A stretch of 64,000 nucleotides of DNA from Ministeria vibrans ATCC 50519 (GCA_943704425.1 CALSCP010000368.1:1-64000); one strand, 5' to 3'. Positions 36,984 to 55,470 are shown, counted from the first letter of the stretch. The notes: generated by a model not told the origin, from the sequence alone. Numbers and translations are program-made.

Positions 36984-38214
36984 ATGTCGCACAGTTGTGA
37001 AGTTTGCTCTCTCGCACGCGTACGACCCATATTGTAGTGTTAGTTCTTGTTCTCGGCATGACAACCTTTTGGTGCTTCTCTTGCGGCAGTTTCCGGTCCA
37101 CAGCGCAGCGAGATCTGGACACTTGAACTGCTTGCAGTCTCTCCTCAGCGACGCCTCTCCCGTCGCTGCCCACGCCGAAATCCCCGATGAGTGTGTTGGA
37201 TTTACCCCAATCCACTGGGCAGCGTACATGGGGCATTTGGGTATGTTTCAGGAAGGAACATGAGAGTTCGTGAAACCGCATTGACTATTGTAGAAATCGT
37301 CGCTTATCTACACTCGATTGGCGTCAATTGCAATGCGGAGTGCAGGTACGGCGTTGCTATGAATGTGCCGGAGGTGCTGATGCAGTGTCTTGTCATTCTC
37401 TCTATCACTTTGTTTCTATCACTTTGTTTCTATTACTTTGTTTCTATCACTTTGTTTCTAATACTTTGTTTCTATCACTTTGTTTCCATCACTTTGTTTC
37501 TATCGCTTTTTTCTATCACTTTGTTTCTATTACTTTGTTTCTCTCTCTATTACTTTGTTTCTCTCTATCACTTTTTTTTCTCTATCACTTCATAACTCTC
37601 TGTCTCTCTGTCTCTCTCTCTCTCCAGTGTCAACAAGCAAACTCCTCTTCATGTGTCTGCCTATGGTGGGCGAGCGGAGGTTCTTTCTTTTCTGGTGCAG
37701 CACGCAGGGCTCTATGTCAACGCAGTCGATGCACAAGGAGACACACCCGCACACAAGGCGGCCATCAGTGGAGAGGTACAAGAACTACGTGTCGCACTTA
37801 ATAACGTTCTACCCCCCTCTTTAGTATCAATGCCTCCAAGTACTTGTACGACACGGGGCCATGCTGACACTGCGTAATCACTCACGTGAGTCTGCGCGCG
37901 ACAAGGCGCTGTTTCATCGACGACAGCGATGCGTCGCACTGCTCGACTCAATTCTCACCACACAATCCACACAGCACATCAATGGCGAGCCCGACAAGAA
38001 CACCAACAGTCACACACTTCCACATACCCACGAGGAACTTGCGCTTCTCATCCATGGTGGTTGCGTTTCGGCCAATCGAACGAACAAGCGCAAGAGAGTA
38101 CGCGACGACCATGTCCCACCCGATGGTCCGTACGATCAGCCTCTCACCAAACGGCACCACTTTACCTCCGATCAACCCACAGAGCCATTGCACTCGGATG
38201 AAATGGAAATCTAG
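36984..38214 (+). CDS. Ankyrin repeat protein (ANKRD10-like)
   Basis: FPVHSAARSG, GFTPIHWAAYMGHL, TPLHVSAYGG, GDTPAHKAA; basic KRKR NLS-like tail. Confidence 0.8.
37395..37625. repeat. TATCACTTTGTTTC-type minisatellite in ankyrin gene intron
   Basis: About 10 tandem ~14-bp units. Confidence 0.9.
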
Positions 38215-38374
38215 TTGGCGCGAGCCGAACTCAGCCGATTGTGACATGTCAATGTACTTTAATAATTGTACTTTAGAATTTAATATTAATTTTTAGTCAA
38301 TTATTCACAATTAAATTTTTATTTTTTAACACTTTTTTTTTTCTTCTTTTTCTTCTTGCAACAATACATTTGTA

Positions 38375-39348
38375 ATGGAGCCTGTTCGCGTCGCCATTGT
38401 TACTGGTGCCAATCGAGGCATTGGCTACCACATTGTTGCAAAGCTCGCTTCAGCACTGTCGAGCAATTTCCAAATTTACCTCACAGGTGAGCAACTGCCC
38501 TCACCCGCTCTCTCTCTCTCTCTCTCTTGATCTGATCCGTCCGTTCCAATAGCTCGTAATGCCTCCACTGGCGCGGCTGCCGTCAAAGAACTTGCCCAAT
38601 CCAACGTCGCGTTCCATGAATTGGACATTAGCAAGACGGAAAGTGTCGCGAAATTCGCCGCATTCTTGCGCGCCACGCACGGCGACAAATGCATCGACAT
38701 CCTGGTGAACAACGCCGCTGCCAAGATGACACCTTCCGCTGGGTACAGTGCGGTGGACGCGGCGCGCGATACCTTTCAGCTCAACTACACAGCGACGCGC
38801 GATCTGTTTGACGCGTACCGTCCGCTTCTGCGACCGCACGCGCGCGTTGTGAACGTCTCTTCCACCATGGGCCTGCGTAGTCATCTCGCCAGCGCTACAC
38901 TTCGAGAGCGCTTTAGCGACCCTCTCATCACCGTCAGCCAGCTCGACACGCTCGCGAGTGAGTATCTCGCCGCAGTGGAAGCGAACAAGATTGACTCCGA
39001 CGGTTGGCGAGTGTCCCCCTATGGCTTCTCAAAGGTGCTGCTGAACGCACTCACAGTGATCCAGGCACGTGAAATGAACGACCCAACGATTCTCGTCAAT
39101 TCGTGCCATCCAGGTTGGGTAAGTAGCTTGAGTGAGAGAATGACCAGTTGCCAGCTGCAATTGTGATGATTGACCGACTTTAAACGTTTGTGCTGTGTGT
39201 TGTACAGTGCCAAACCAGCATGGGCGGACCCAGTGCGCCGATGACCGCGGCCTCGGGCGCCGAGACACCCGTATTTCTTGCGCTTTTGCCAAACGGTGCG
39301 CAGACAAGTGGAAAGTACTTTGACAATAAGATCGAGCAGCGAATGTAA
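38375..39348 (+). CDS. Carbonyl reductase-like short-chain dehydrogenase/reductase
   Basis: VTGANRGIG, DILVNNAA, VVNVSS, YGFSK, CHPGW|CQTSMGG, GAETPVFLAL. Confidence 0.92.
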
Positions 39349-39374
39349 AGTTGATTGATTGTTGTACAATGTAT

Positions 39375-43243
<3,869 letters not shown>

Positions 43244-43305
43244 GAATAAAATTGTTATTATTTTGATTGGACTCATTGGTCGATTTGATTGATTCTTATT
43301 CTTGT

Positions 43306-45127
43306 TTATTCGCGCTCAATCACAGCCGCCGCGCCCATTCCGGTGCCTAATGAGACGCAAAAGTAACGTCAACTCGACTAATTTTTTCATGTAAAACTTG
43401 CGAGTTCCTCACCAATGCACATGGAGACAACGCCACGACGGAGCGAGCGACGATCAAGTTCGTTCATGAGCGTTGCAATCTGACGTGCGCCCGTACACCC
43501 CAACGGATGGCTGAAAGAAACAAAATAAGTTGAATAGGTCAGACAAAGAACACACCAAATGGACAATGGTTGTTAATTGTAGTTAATACCCCATCGCAAT
43601 GGCACCTCCGTTAGGATTCAACTTCTCACGCGGAATGTTCAACTAACACCATAGAGTCAATACAATATTGTACGCAAATAAGAACACGGAAGGGGCTCAC
43701 CTCGCGAACGCAGTAGGTGGCCTGCGAGGCAAAGGCTTCGTTGATTTCAAAGACATCAATGTCGGTGACGGCGAGACGAGCGCTGCGGAGGGCAGCGGGG
43801 ATGGCCACGGCGGGTCCGATGCCCATAACGTCAGGCTTGACACCCACGCACGCGTACGCGCGGATGCACCCCAAGATGGGCAGACCCAGCCGCTGGGCCG
43901 TTGATCGCCGTGCCAGCAACACTGCAGCCGCTCCGTCGCTCATCTGCGATGAGTTGCCTGAGCACACACACACATATATACATAAAATGAATATAATTAT
44001 TATTGTTGTTTGGCGCTTCGTACCGGCCGTAGTTGAACCACCCTCTTGAAAGGCTGGCTTGAGCTTAGCCAGCGATGCAATGGTTGTCTTGGCGCGCACC
44101 CCATCGTCTCTAACGCGCAACACGAGACGCATTCAACACACACTTACACTCACACACTTCGACTCTTGTCTTGTCTCACTTGTCGACAACCGTTCCGTCC
44201 TCCAGTGTCACCGGTACAATCTCGCGCGCAAGCCATCCTTTCGCCTGCGCCTCGCTCAGCTTCGCGTGCGACTCGGCCGCCATTCGATCTTGATCTTCGC
44301 GTGTCACTCCGTAGCGCTACAAGCACAAACGCGATATTTTGAATATTCGTGGTTCTTGTTTCGCCGCTGTTCCTTATTGATACCTCTGCAACATTCTCTG
44401 AAGTGATTCCCATTGGAGTGAGACAGTCGCGCGCCAGAGGCACGTCAAACACCGCCGAGTTGAGCGGGTCGGGTGCACCGCCACTCATACTAAAGGACAT
44501 GCAGTAAGTGCATAGATATATATTATGTATATGTGTCATTGAGACACCTTGCACGTACCTGTTCATCGACATGGACTCGACACCGCCACCAATTCCAATG
44601 TCGTAGTGACCGGCTTTGATGGACGCAGCCACGTCCATCACCGCCTGAAGGCCACTGCTGCACTGTCGGTTCACCGTGTGCAACGGAATCGTCTCAGGCA
44701 GTCCCGCGAGGAACTGGGCCAATCGTGCCATCACAGCACCCCCGCCCGGCTGCAACACGTTCCCTACCAACGGTGTACGTACGTGTGTTCAGATCTTCAT
44801 TACATTTGTTTGATTTTACCGATGACAATGTCTCCAATGTCCTCTGGTCGCACTTTGGTACGCTCAATGGTGGCCTTGAGCACCGTGGCAAGCAGCGCGT
44901 CCGGCGGCGTGTCCTTGAACCCGCCGCGTTTAGCTTTGCAGACGGGCGTTCTGTCAAGGTGGATGAGCTCAGCACACTCCTCTCCCTCTCCGCCAGTTCA
45001 AAGGCAAGACGTACCGCAAAGCCGACACAATGACCACATCGTTACTGTCTTGCGCAGAGACAGTCGAGGCAGCAGTTGCCTGAGCACTCAAGTGCGCTTG
45101 GATGGTTTGGATTCGAGCGGAAGACAT
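43306..45127 (-). CDS. ACAA1: Peroxisomal 3-ketoacyl-CoA thiolase
   Basis: PTS2 (RIQTIQAHL), NRQCSSGLQA, NSSQMSDGAAA, EINEAFA, GAIAMG|HPLG, SMCI|GTGMGAAAVIERE*. Confidence 0.93.
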
Positions 45128-45267
45128 AAGGCGAAGAAAAGTGGTCACTGGTCACTGTTGAGTGTTCAGTGTTGACTGATATTTGATTGATTGAGTTGTT
45201 TGAGTTGATACGCTGATCAGTCATCAGTGGTCACTCTTGTTGCCCCGTATCGACTCTCTGAACAATC

Positions 45268-47386
45268 ATGGGGGGAGGAGGAGACCGTCATGACAAAGGC
45301 GACTATTCGCTCGAAGAAGTCGCAACGCACAACACAAGCAAAGATGGATGGCTCGTTGTTGACGGAGAGGTGAGAGCCACACGAACCGCGCGCCGTCTGC
45401 TCTCCTTGCTCCCCGCCGAGGGCCATTCTTCTGAATACGCTACCCGTTGCTCGACAACCACTTGTTCCTTTTCAAATGCGATTTTGTGTCCGATTTTGGA
45501 GGAAACGAGGAAAAAAAAAAAAAAAAACTTCGCAAGTGGGGATTTGCACGTGAAACGACCCAATGCAACGAACGTGGGCTCAGGTACCAGTCGCAGACCT
45601 TTGAACATGGCCGGCACACGCCGACTCGCCTGCTGGAGGGTCCCAAGCGTCCGTTCCCGTTCGCTCTTGGGGGTTTGGTTGATTTTTTTTTTTTTTTTTT
45701 TTTTTTCAATTGTACTGTCTCGAACCGTTTGACAGCTGAACGCTACCGCGTAGCCCTTTTTCTTGGTTGAATAGCGCGAGCCACCATTGCGGTGAAGCTG
45801 ATTGGGTGTTCCGGCGCGAAGAGAGAGAGAGAGAACAAGCAGTTTTTTGGGTTGTTGGGGGAAACACATCTGCTCACTGTCACACTCGTCGCTCCTATGG
45901 GCAGTCGCCACTGCTCATGCCAGCCGCTGCGTTGCTGACACGCGTCTCTTCTCTGCGTGTTTTAGGTGTACGATGTGACCAAGTGGATCCACAAACATCC
46001 CGGCGGCCGAGTCATCTTCTCGTACCTCGGCCAAGACGCCACGGACGCCGTCGTGGCCTTCCATCCGGACGCCGACCGTTTCCGGCGTCTTCTTAAGGCC
46101 TTTCACATTGGCTCGGTGAGCGTTGCCGATCGTACCGCCTACGTTAAGAGCCACCCGATTCTCACTGACTTCCATGCCATTCGCGAGAAGGCCGAAAAGG
46201 TATATAGAGCCGGTATATACGCTTTCATGTATCTGACGCCGTCGCCGCCCCGCCGTTTATTCTATGACGCAGGACAACATGTTCAAGGCATCGCCGCTTT
46301 TCTACGGAGGCATGTTCTTGCACATTATTGTGATGGAACTTGTCGCGCGCTACCTTCTGCTTGACGGAGGCAGTGAGTCGTGGGTGTGGTGGCTAAGCGC
46401 AGTGCTGTTGTGCGCCACGGCGCAAGCCCAAGCTGGCTGGCTTCAGCACGACTTTGGCCATCTGAGCGTCTTCCAAAAGTCGCAGTGGAACCACCTGTGG
46501 CACAACATCACCATTGGTCACCTCAAGGGCGCATCCACCGCTTGGTGGAACAGCCGGTAAGGCAAAATTAGTTTGAGAGTTTTATTCCCTGTAAACCTCC
46601 TCATCCATATTTTTCAGACACTTCCGTCACCATGCCAAGCCCAATGTGGTCGCTGTCGACCCGGACATCAGTATGCCACACGTCTTCATCCTTGGCAAGA
46701 AGCCCGCCGCCGAGTGGGGTCGCAAGAAGCGCCGCTCCATGCCCTACCAGTGGCAGCATCACTACTGGCACCTCCTTGCCCCGCCGCTTATTGTTCCCAT
46801 CTTTTTTGTCATCGACAATCTCAAGACGGTCATTCGCAAACGTATCCAATGCCATGTGTGATTATGTGCATTGCAAAGGTGAACTGAACGTGTTACGTTT
46901 TTTTTATTTTTTATAGGTAATTGGACCGACCTGTCGTTTATGTTGAGTATGATTGGGCGGTATGCGTTGTTGTTTGGTCCTACGCTGGGCCTTGCGGGCA
47001 CTCTGAAGCTGTACTTTGCAATGCGGGTTATTGAGTCGCACTGGTTTGTGTGGGTGACACAGATGAACCACATTGCGATGACGATTGACTGGGACGAGAA
47101 GCTGGACTGGCCGACTGTTCAAGTGCTGGGCACGTGCAATGTGGAGGGGGGTCTCTTCAACGACTGGTTCTCGGGACACCTCAACTACCAGGTGGAACAC
47201 CATCTGTTCCCGACCATGCCGCGTCACAACCTGGCTAAGGTGGCTCCGCAGGTGCGCGAAATGTACCGCAAGCACGGCCTCGACTACCAGGTCAAGACAC
47301 TCGGCGGCGCCGTCAAGGACGTCGTCACCTCCCTCGAGGAGTACGGCAAGATCTGGCACGAGGCCTACTATGCCAAGGACCACTAA
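45268..47386 (+). CDS. FADS2: Front-end (delta-5/delta-6) fatty acid desaturase with cytochrome b5 domain
   Basis: HPGG heme motif; His boxes QHDFGH, HFRHH, QVEHHLFP; WFVWVTQMNH. Confidence 0.93.
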
Positions 47387-47457
47387 TATACTAAATTTTA
47401 GTATTATACACAACCTTTTTTTTCTTCTTCTTTCTTCTCGCCAAAAAAAAAGCACTA

Positions 47458-49427
47458 TTATTGAACAGAGACAAGGCAAACGGCACCACTGTCAAGGCCA
47501 CAAACGACCTTGTTGTCGTCGGACACGTCGATGCTGTTCACGGGCAGTGTCTTCTCACTGGGAGCTGAAAAGAGAGAGAGATGATGAGAGGAATAGATTA
47601 AGCGTGAGATACATTACCTGTAAGGAGACTGCGAATGGACGGGTTGTCGTCAGAGGCGACGGTGTAACAGCCGCCTGGATGCGATCCCGTTGAGTTAAAG
47701 TCCCACACGAGCGCCGAGCCTTGAAAGCACAGAAAGAAAGAAAAAGAAAAAAAACGAGAGCGAGAAGGAGCAATGTGAGCAAGTCCAACGTACTCTGTTT
47801 GATTGCTTTGTTGTATGTGTACCGTCTTCGGATGCGGACACGACAAAACGGGGATTCGCTTGATTAAACGAGATATCCCAAATGTCGTTTGTGTGGGCAG
47901 CAATCTCGGAGACGGGCCAGCGGGGCGCACGCAGGTCCCACACGGCTAAGACGCCTGATGAGAGGCCGAGCGCAACCACGTGCGGTTGGGCTGAGCGAGA
48001 CAACATATTTGTGAGTGACAGGCATGCGGTCGTTTCCACATACACACACACACATGTATACAATGATGAATAATCTCTCTCTATCACTTTGTTTCTCTCT
48101 TTCTATCACTTTGTTTATCACTTTGTTTCTCTATCATTTTGTTTCTCTCTCTATCATTTTGTTTCTCTCTCACTCTCACTTTGATACTCTCTCTCATCTA
48201 TCTATTCATCTATCTCTATCGCTTTGTTTCTTTCTCTCTCATTTCCCTCTCTCACACCCTCCCCTCTCTCTCACACACCCCCCCTCTCTATCTCACCCTC
48301 CCCTCTATCTCTCAATCACTTTGTTTCTTTCTCCCTCCGTCCACTCTTCTTTCTCCCTTCGTCCTCTCTTCTTTCTCCCTCCGTCCTCTCTGAGATGGAT
48401 CGATTCTATTTCTCTCTGGTTTTTGGTTCGTTTAATAGTGCAGTGTGTACCTGGATGGACTGCAGCGCAGTTGACAGTTTCGGAGCGTGCGTCGCTGTCG
48501 TCGCTGATGCTTAGCGCGGGAGTGGAGCGCACTGACGCGTCCTCTGTGCCCTTGCCGCTGTTCGTTCGTACGTCCCATACTTTGATGCGCGCACTCGTGC
48601 TTGCTGTAAGTACTTGGTCGGATCGCAGAAATGCAACGGCACTCAACGAACTGCGTGTCAAAATGTCAAAACAACGCGCAACCATCGAACCACGCGACAC
48701 GCGACTCACCTGCTGTCTGCGTTGGCAACGGAAAAGACAGGCCGTTGCACTGAAGGTCTCAGCACTGTCAGACGACCATCTTCACCAACGGTGGCCACGT
48801 CGTGTCGATTGTAGACGGAGAGGGCCGTACAGGGGCTGGAGAGACCGCCGACGCTGTGCAAGTCTGTCCACTGCTGCGCAACCGAGACGTGTGCGCTGCC
48901 TGGCACGTAAAACGCATCTTGCTCGTCGTTTTCATCCGCATGAGACCATAAGTGAACGCTTCCCGTCGAGGACGCCGTCACAAATGTTTCACAATCGACG
49001 TACTACGTTGGACAGTGTGAAACAGACAGTCGACAAACCGCTGTCGTACCTGTAATGCCATGACATCTCCATCATAATGCGATTTCCACACACACCTAGG
49101 CTCCGTCGTCGAGTGTAGTCCAGCAGAGGACGTTTCTGATACCGCAGCTGCGGCGCTGTTCCACAGGGACACGGTAGAAGGCTACAACGCAAAAGGTTCG
49201 AAAAAAAAAAAAAAAACTAACTCCGACCTGACATCTCTCAGGTCGGTACAGGAGCACGTACCATTGCTTCGCAGGTGCCCATAGCAAAGCACACGGGTGA
49301 TTCGGCAGACCCGTCGGGCGTGGGGCGCCATCTTACGGCGGTAACCTACGAGGGAGCTTGATCAGTGGGGAGGACGCCTCGCGAGCGAACGTGCCTTCTC
49401 TCCGACGAATTTAGTCACGGACGGCAT
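47458..49427 (-). CDS. NUP43: Nucleoporin Nup43 (WD40)
   Basis: KFVGEK|VTAVRWRP N-terminus, DGDVMALQ, ATVGEDGRL, IKVWDVR, AHTNDIWDISF, SASEDG, LPVNSIDV. First intron is GC-AG. Confidence 0.82.
48065..48395. repeat. CT-rich / ATCACTTTGTTT minisatellite in Nup43 intron
   Basis: Repeated units interspersed with (CT)n. Confidence 0.85.
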
Positions 49428-49744
49428 GGACGGGCAGCGGGCAGACAGAAGAAATGCCAAAAGAACTGGTTACAAGTGACTAATGATAAATGAGCAATCG
49501 GCAATGAGCCCGAACTCAAAGGAAATCCCCAAGTGAAAATACGATCAGTGATTAAAAACACGATTAAAAATAATTGAATAGAATGTACGTGCACTGTACG
49601 TGATTCTTCAGTCTGGTCACATGACCTTTGACAGTATTGCTGCATTTATTTGCTGGAGCATGTGCCAAAGTAAAAGTAGAATAGTCCTCCAAGCGCCCAC
49701 ATCAAACTGTCATCTGATCAAAGTTCAAACTTTTTTTCCCAAAC

Positions 49745-52700
49745 ATGCTCTCTTTCTGGCTCGACTTACTAGTGACGAGTGCCGTGGGCGTGGCTGTGGT
49801 CCTGGCGCTCTTGGCGCTCCAGAACATATTCAGCTTGGGTGCCTGGTGGGCGTCGGCATCGCCTTCGGCATTTCCGCGGCGTCGTCCGCTGCTGCGCTGG
49901 CTCGACTTGACCATCTCATTCCTCTTCTGTGCCCTGTTTGTTGCTCGTACCGTTATGGACCACTTTCCTGTGTGGATGCGGGCCTTGGTGGGCCTGCTTG
50001 TGCTGTCCACGGTCGTACTTGCAGTTGCACGTCGCGCTGCTCTGTCGCTCGTCGAAGTGTTCTACCTCAGTACCTCCGTGTACTGCATCGCCTCGGGGTT
50101 CTGGTGCTCTTTTGCGTTTCTGGCGTCGCTGTCGGTGCGACGAGCTTTGCTCGGATTGACTCGGCACTATGTGCATCCACGGCCGGTGCTTCTAAAGCTC
50201 ATCACTCTGGCGCTCGACTTGATCATCTTGGTGTGGATATCTTCGTGCGTTCTGGTGGTGTGCGAGGTTGCTGGAGACCCGTGGGCGAATCCACCACTCG
50301 ACTCAAGTTCCTGGAATCTTTTTGAAGCTGCCTATGTGGTGACCGTGTCGATTACCACAGTTGGCTATGGCGACCTCACGCCCACGACGGTGCTGGGGAA
50401 GATTGTCATTCTCGTCGTGATCGTGGCGGGTATTCTCGCCATCGCCAATGCGACCAATGCTGTCCTGGAACTCGTCAAGTTGCAGTCGCAACACCTTGAC
50501 AGCTACGAGGCTCACGGCGATTTCAAGCATCTCGTGCTGTTGGGCCAGCCCAGCACTGCCGCGGTCCTGGACATTATTCGCGAGGTGCGCACCGAGCGAA
50601 TCACAGTGGTGTTGGTGACGGATGACGAGCGCAAGTTGGCATCGACTCGCCTCGCGGCAATCGCTGCCAATCCGTCGCTGCTCAAAATCCTACGCGGCGG
50701 TGCACTGAGTCGCAGTGCGTACGGTCGTGCGCGCGTCAACACGGCGGTGGCGTGTCTGTGTGTGGCGCGCGAAGGCTGTGACCAAGAGTGTGTCTATGTG
50801 GGTCTTACCGTCAAACACCAGTGCCCACGCACGCCGCTCTTTCTCCTGCTGAGTCGTTCGGCGTCGCGTCGCCTCATCCCGCCGCAGCTTGGTCGCGCCG
50901 TTTACCTCGACCGCTTCCGTCTGTCCTTGTTGGGTCTGACCACGGCCATGCCAGGCGCCTCGACGCTGCTCTGCGGTCTACTGCGCACCGCAACCGACAA
51001 ACACAGTCGAGGCATACGCGCCGACTTGATAGACGACTACGACGACGAGGAGCTTGTCTCGGACGAGGACATTGACGCGGATGCAGACCACTCTAGTAGC
51101 GAGAGTAGTAGCGACAACGACAATGACAACACCACCGCCACCATTGCCGAGGATACCATCTCGTCACTGAACATGTATTCGGCGTCGTCTTCGTCTGCAG
51201 CAGTAGCAGCAGCGCACCGCACTCGCGCCGAAGCCCTGTCGCACCGTCGTCGTCTGCTTGTGTTTCGCCGTCGTCGCCGTTCGCGTCAACATTATCGCAT
51301 TCAACAAGGCACGACAACAACCGCTTTGCCCTCGTCTGCCTGGCTTGACGAATACCTCACGGGCACGTCGGTGGAGATCTACGAGGTCGCTGTGCGTGGG
51401 CATGAGATGCTGCTTAACGTGTCGTTTGGTGAGGGTGCAGCGCGTCTGTTTGCGTGCCACCGGGCCATTTTGGTGGGCATTGTCAAGGCGGACGGGTCGG
51501 GCGTGCTCATCAACCCGACGCTGACGCTGCAGCACAACCATCTTGCCGTGGTACTGTGCTCGTGGCAGACGGCCAAGCACATCAATGCCATGCCTGACTC
51601 GAGCCTGGGGGGGAGGAGGAGCAGCAGCAGCAGTCCAACTGTGACCCTCAAGGAGTGGTTAAAAAATGACAATGATCAGGTCGACCACACCAGTGCGCGT
51701 GCCAACTCGTCGTCGACTGCACTCAGCGCAACAATTTTCCCGCACTTTTGTGACTACGACGAATCGAGCGACGCAGCGTGTCAGGTCCCACTGGTGCTTG
51801 CAGAGCCACCGCTGGACCTGTGTGGACACATTGTGATTGTGTGCGGTCCACGCTGCACCGGGGTTGCGTATCTTGTGCACGAGATCCACCAGCAGGAGCA
51901 GCGCATGGGCACCAAATCCTCCGTCGTGGTCATTATGTCTCTTGCCAATGGCTTCCCATCCCACCTCGAGCATCTTGAGAGCGTCGAGGACGTGTACTTT
52001 GTGCATGGTTCGCCCTTCTCGCCCGAGGCCCTCGACCGCACACGCGTCGCCCATGCGCGCGTGTGTCTGCTCTTGGCTGAGCCTCATGCCGCGCGGGTGG
52101 ACTACCTGACCAAGGGTGACGTCGGTGACAGTGGGAATGGCAGTGGTGGTGGGGGTGCGACTGCATCGGACCCAGACGGCACACTTGTCTTGGGGTCGCT
52201 GCAGTTGCGTGCCTATCTCGCACTCCACCACACCACCGCGACTGCGGCACAGGTGCGTGTGGTGGTGTCTGTCTCAGATGACTCCAGTTTGAGGTTTCTC
52301 ATGCAAAAGGTAATCGAAAAAGGAATAACCCAACGCCATAGTACGATTCTTTTTGATTGTCGTGAATAGGAGGATCGACGACGTCTGCGACGATGTGGCG
52401 AGGTGTGGGACACGAGTGAGTTTGCGGCGGGAGGACTGCTGTCGGGGCGCATTGGGCATCTCTTGCTGACTCAGTGCGCATTGAAGCCACTCTATCTGGA
52501 TGTGCTGCACGGCATTCTGGCCGAGGCGTGCCTATCGATGGTGCGTGTGGACGCCGCTCTCAGTGGCTTGACCTTCCACACTGCGTTTCTGCGTCTGATG
52601 CGCGACGGGCAGCGCATTGCCATTGCACTGTACCGACCGACGGGCACCCTGGGCGCGCCTGCTCCCTATGTGTACACGGTGCCACTGGCGGATACGGTTC

Positions 52701-52747
52701 TGGTGCAGGATGATTTACTGTATTTTATTATGGGGGCTCAGAGATGA
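49745..52747 (+). CDS. Slo/BK-family potassium channel with RCK domains
   Basis: TM helices, pore TTVGYGD, RCK1 (KHLVLLG), RCK2 (GHIVIVC, FVHGSPF), FAAGGLL, IALYR, YVYTVP; one intron about 52310-52370. Confidence 0.88.
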
Positions 52748-52759
52748 AAATTTTGAAGA

Positions 52760-53115
<356 letters not shown>

Positions 53116-53274
53116 TGAAAAATAATTAAAAATGAAAAGGAGAGGCTCGCCGACTTTTCGTTATTGAATGTGACGGATCATCTTCGTAGGCAATGATATA
53201 TCATATGCTATTCTGTTCAATACACACAGTAATCGAGTATCCTTTGTGATTTTTCTACTTGGTTTGTGTATTTT

Positions 53275-54257
53275 TCACAAGGGCTTCGCATAGAACAGTC
53301 CCAGACGTTCTATTTCTGCCGAATTTCCTCCAAACGTTTCCTCGATAGTCAGACGCACTGCTTCCACCAAAAGATCCTCCTCGAAGCGATCCAATTTCTT
53401 ATAGCCAATGGTTGTGCCATGTGTGACACGCATGCGCCACTCACCGGCCACACGTACATCCACTGCGTAGCGCGACACAAACTGTCCGTCGGGAATGTGC
53501 TCCTGCATCATCACTGTGTTCACGGTCAATGCCTGCGCCAATTCCACTTCAACGGTTGCCACAGTCACTCCATTCTCTGCTACCCAATACGTTTCTTGGC
53601 GGCCGTCAACCACATAGCTTGCCTAAGAACCCACGTATAAAAGAACAATATATAAGAGTTTCGCGACCCAGCGGTAATTGCAGTACCTGCGAGCCACACA
53701 GTGTGCTCGTTGCACTCGCAGTACCATTCTTCGCTGCATCAGCTGCAAACGTCGTCTCGATGTACTCACCAAACTCACGCACACGTTCTACGTCACCCTC
53801 GCACAACAGCCCTATCATACACAATGAAGAGGTATTGAGAGAGACTGGACAACAATTTTTTATACCTTTTTTGTTTGGGGGAACGTTGAGTTGCAGGACA
53901 CAACTTTGGCCGACGGACGAGAAGTAAATGTCGACGAGTTCTTTCAGTGTCTTGAGCTTCGTGTCCTCTGACGGATGGTAGAACCAGCCGGGACGAATAG
54001 AAACGTCGCAAAATGGACCAGCCCAGCTGGTATTGCCCATCTAAGCACAGAGAATAAAAGAGAGCAATGAGTGCATCAGAAAGAGTACGATAAAAGTTAC
54101 CTCGGGAAACTCGACGGAAGGTGCGTGCCACAGCCACTGGGTGGGGTTGCCCTTGCCACCTTCGTTAAACACCCATGACGAGTCTGGCCCACAGTCAAAC
54201 GTCCCACCCGTCCCTCCACATCCTCCTCCGACCGCGTCCGGCTGATACTTTCGCAGA

Positions 54258-54293
<36 letters not shown>

Positions 54294-55140
54294 CACAAAT
54301 TCACTTGCTGATTTCATCGGTGCGTCTCTTACATCTCCAACCACCTGTGCCAGTCGTAGTGTCCTGTCATGTTGGGCTTCGCATTCGCCCCGTCCCACCA
54401 CAATTGTACCACATTTCCGTACTTTTCCTTCTGTCGCAAAAGGTACACAAACGTCTCCTCGTAAAACTTATTGTAACTCGGCTTCCAAGTCATGTTGTAT
54501 TGATTGCGGTCCCTACCCAAAAAATATAAAATAGAACATAGTGAGTCTAATACACACATATAATTATGACAACTCGTACCAAGGAGAGACGTAATAAGAG
54601 ATTTGAATGTCAAGCAGGTTCGCCGAGCGCGCAAAGTCCGCCACAACGTCGCCCGTGTGGTTGTGCCACGACGACGACTGCACCGTGTGGTTCGTGTAGT
54701 CTGGCTGAGGCATCAGCCTACGCATTGGAGTCAGAAATGATACACGCTATCTCCTTGGGATCAGGTGAACTCACCAAAATCCGTCGTGGTGTTTGACAAC
54801 CAGGATGCCCGTCGCAAAGCCCGCCGCCTTGGCCGTTGCCAGCCACTGCGTCGTGTTCAAGTCGACTGGCTGAAAGATGTTGGGATCTTCGTCACCCAGT
54901 CCCCATTCGCGGTTCGTATACGTGTTGACTCCTGGCGCGCAACGGCGTTATGTTGTGGTGTGTGTTTGTTTGTTTCATTGTTGTACCGAAGTGAAAAAAC
55001 ATCTGCATCTCGTCCCGATGCCAGTTCAACTGACGAAGAGATGGAATTGGGGTGGGCGTCTGGCCTTCACGCGAGCGTGGCGGACAGTTGTGTGCGACGA
55101 CAAGCGACACAAGAGTCGCAATCAAAAGTACACTTCGCAT
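53275..55140 (-). CDS. Alpha-L-fucosidase (GH29), secreted
   Basis: Signal peptide; MFFHFG|VNTYT, VKHHDGF, WWDGA nucleophile, DVSIRPGWFYH, SVG..LQLNVPP, C-terminal discoidin-like domain (GTTIGYKKL). Confidence 0.93.
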
Positions 55141-55470
55141 CCAACAATTCGCAGAGGAGTACTCAGTGACCAAATGATTGAAAGCTTCAAAAGCTCGTGC
55201 AGTTGCAACGGGACAAAAGTGCTGGAAACAAACAAAGAAAGGTGTGCTGTGTAGTAGTTAAGTGAATGAGTAACTCAGATTCTGTTGTTGAGTGTAAGGC
55301 GTTGCAACTCGGTTCATTTTAGCGATTAAGATCTTTTGTTTGATTGCTCTCCTCTGATCTTCACTTATTAACGAAATATTTTCACATCCGCAAAGATCAG
55401 CGATCAACAGAGCTTGAATTTTTAATTTTAATTTTTCACTCTTTCAATTTTCAATTTCACCTTTTTTTTC

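Noticed and set aside
37395-37625. CRISPR-like array
   Set aside because: The units are tandem with no unique spacers, the context is a eukaryotic intron, and no cas genes are present.
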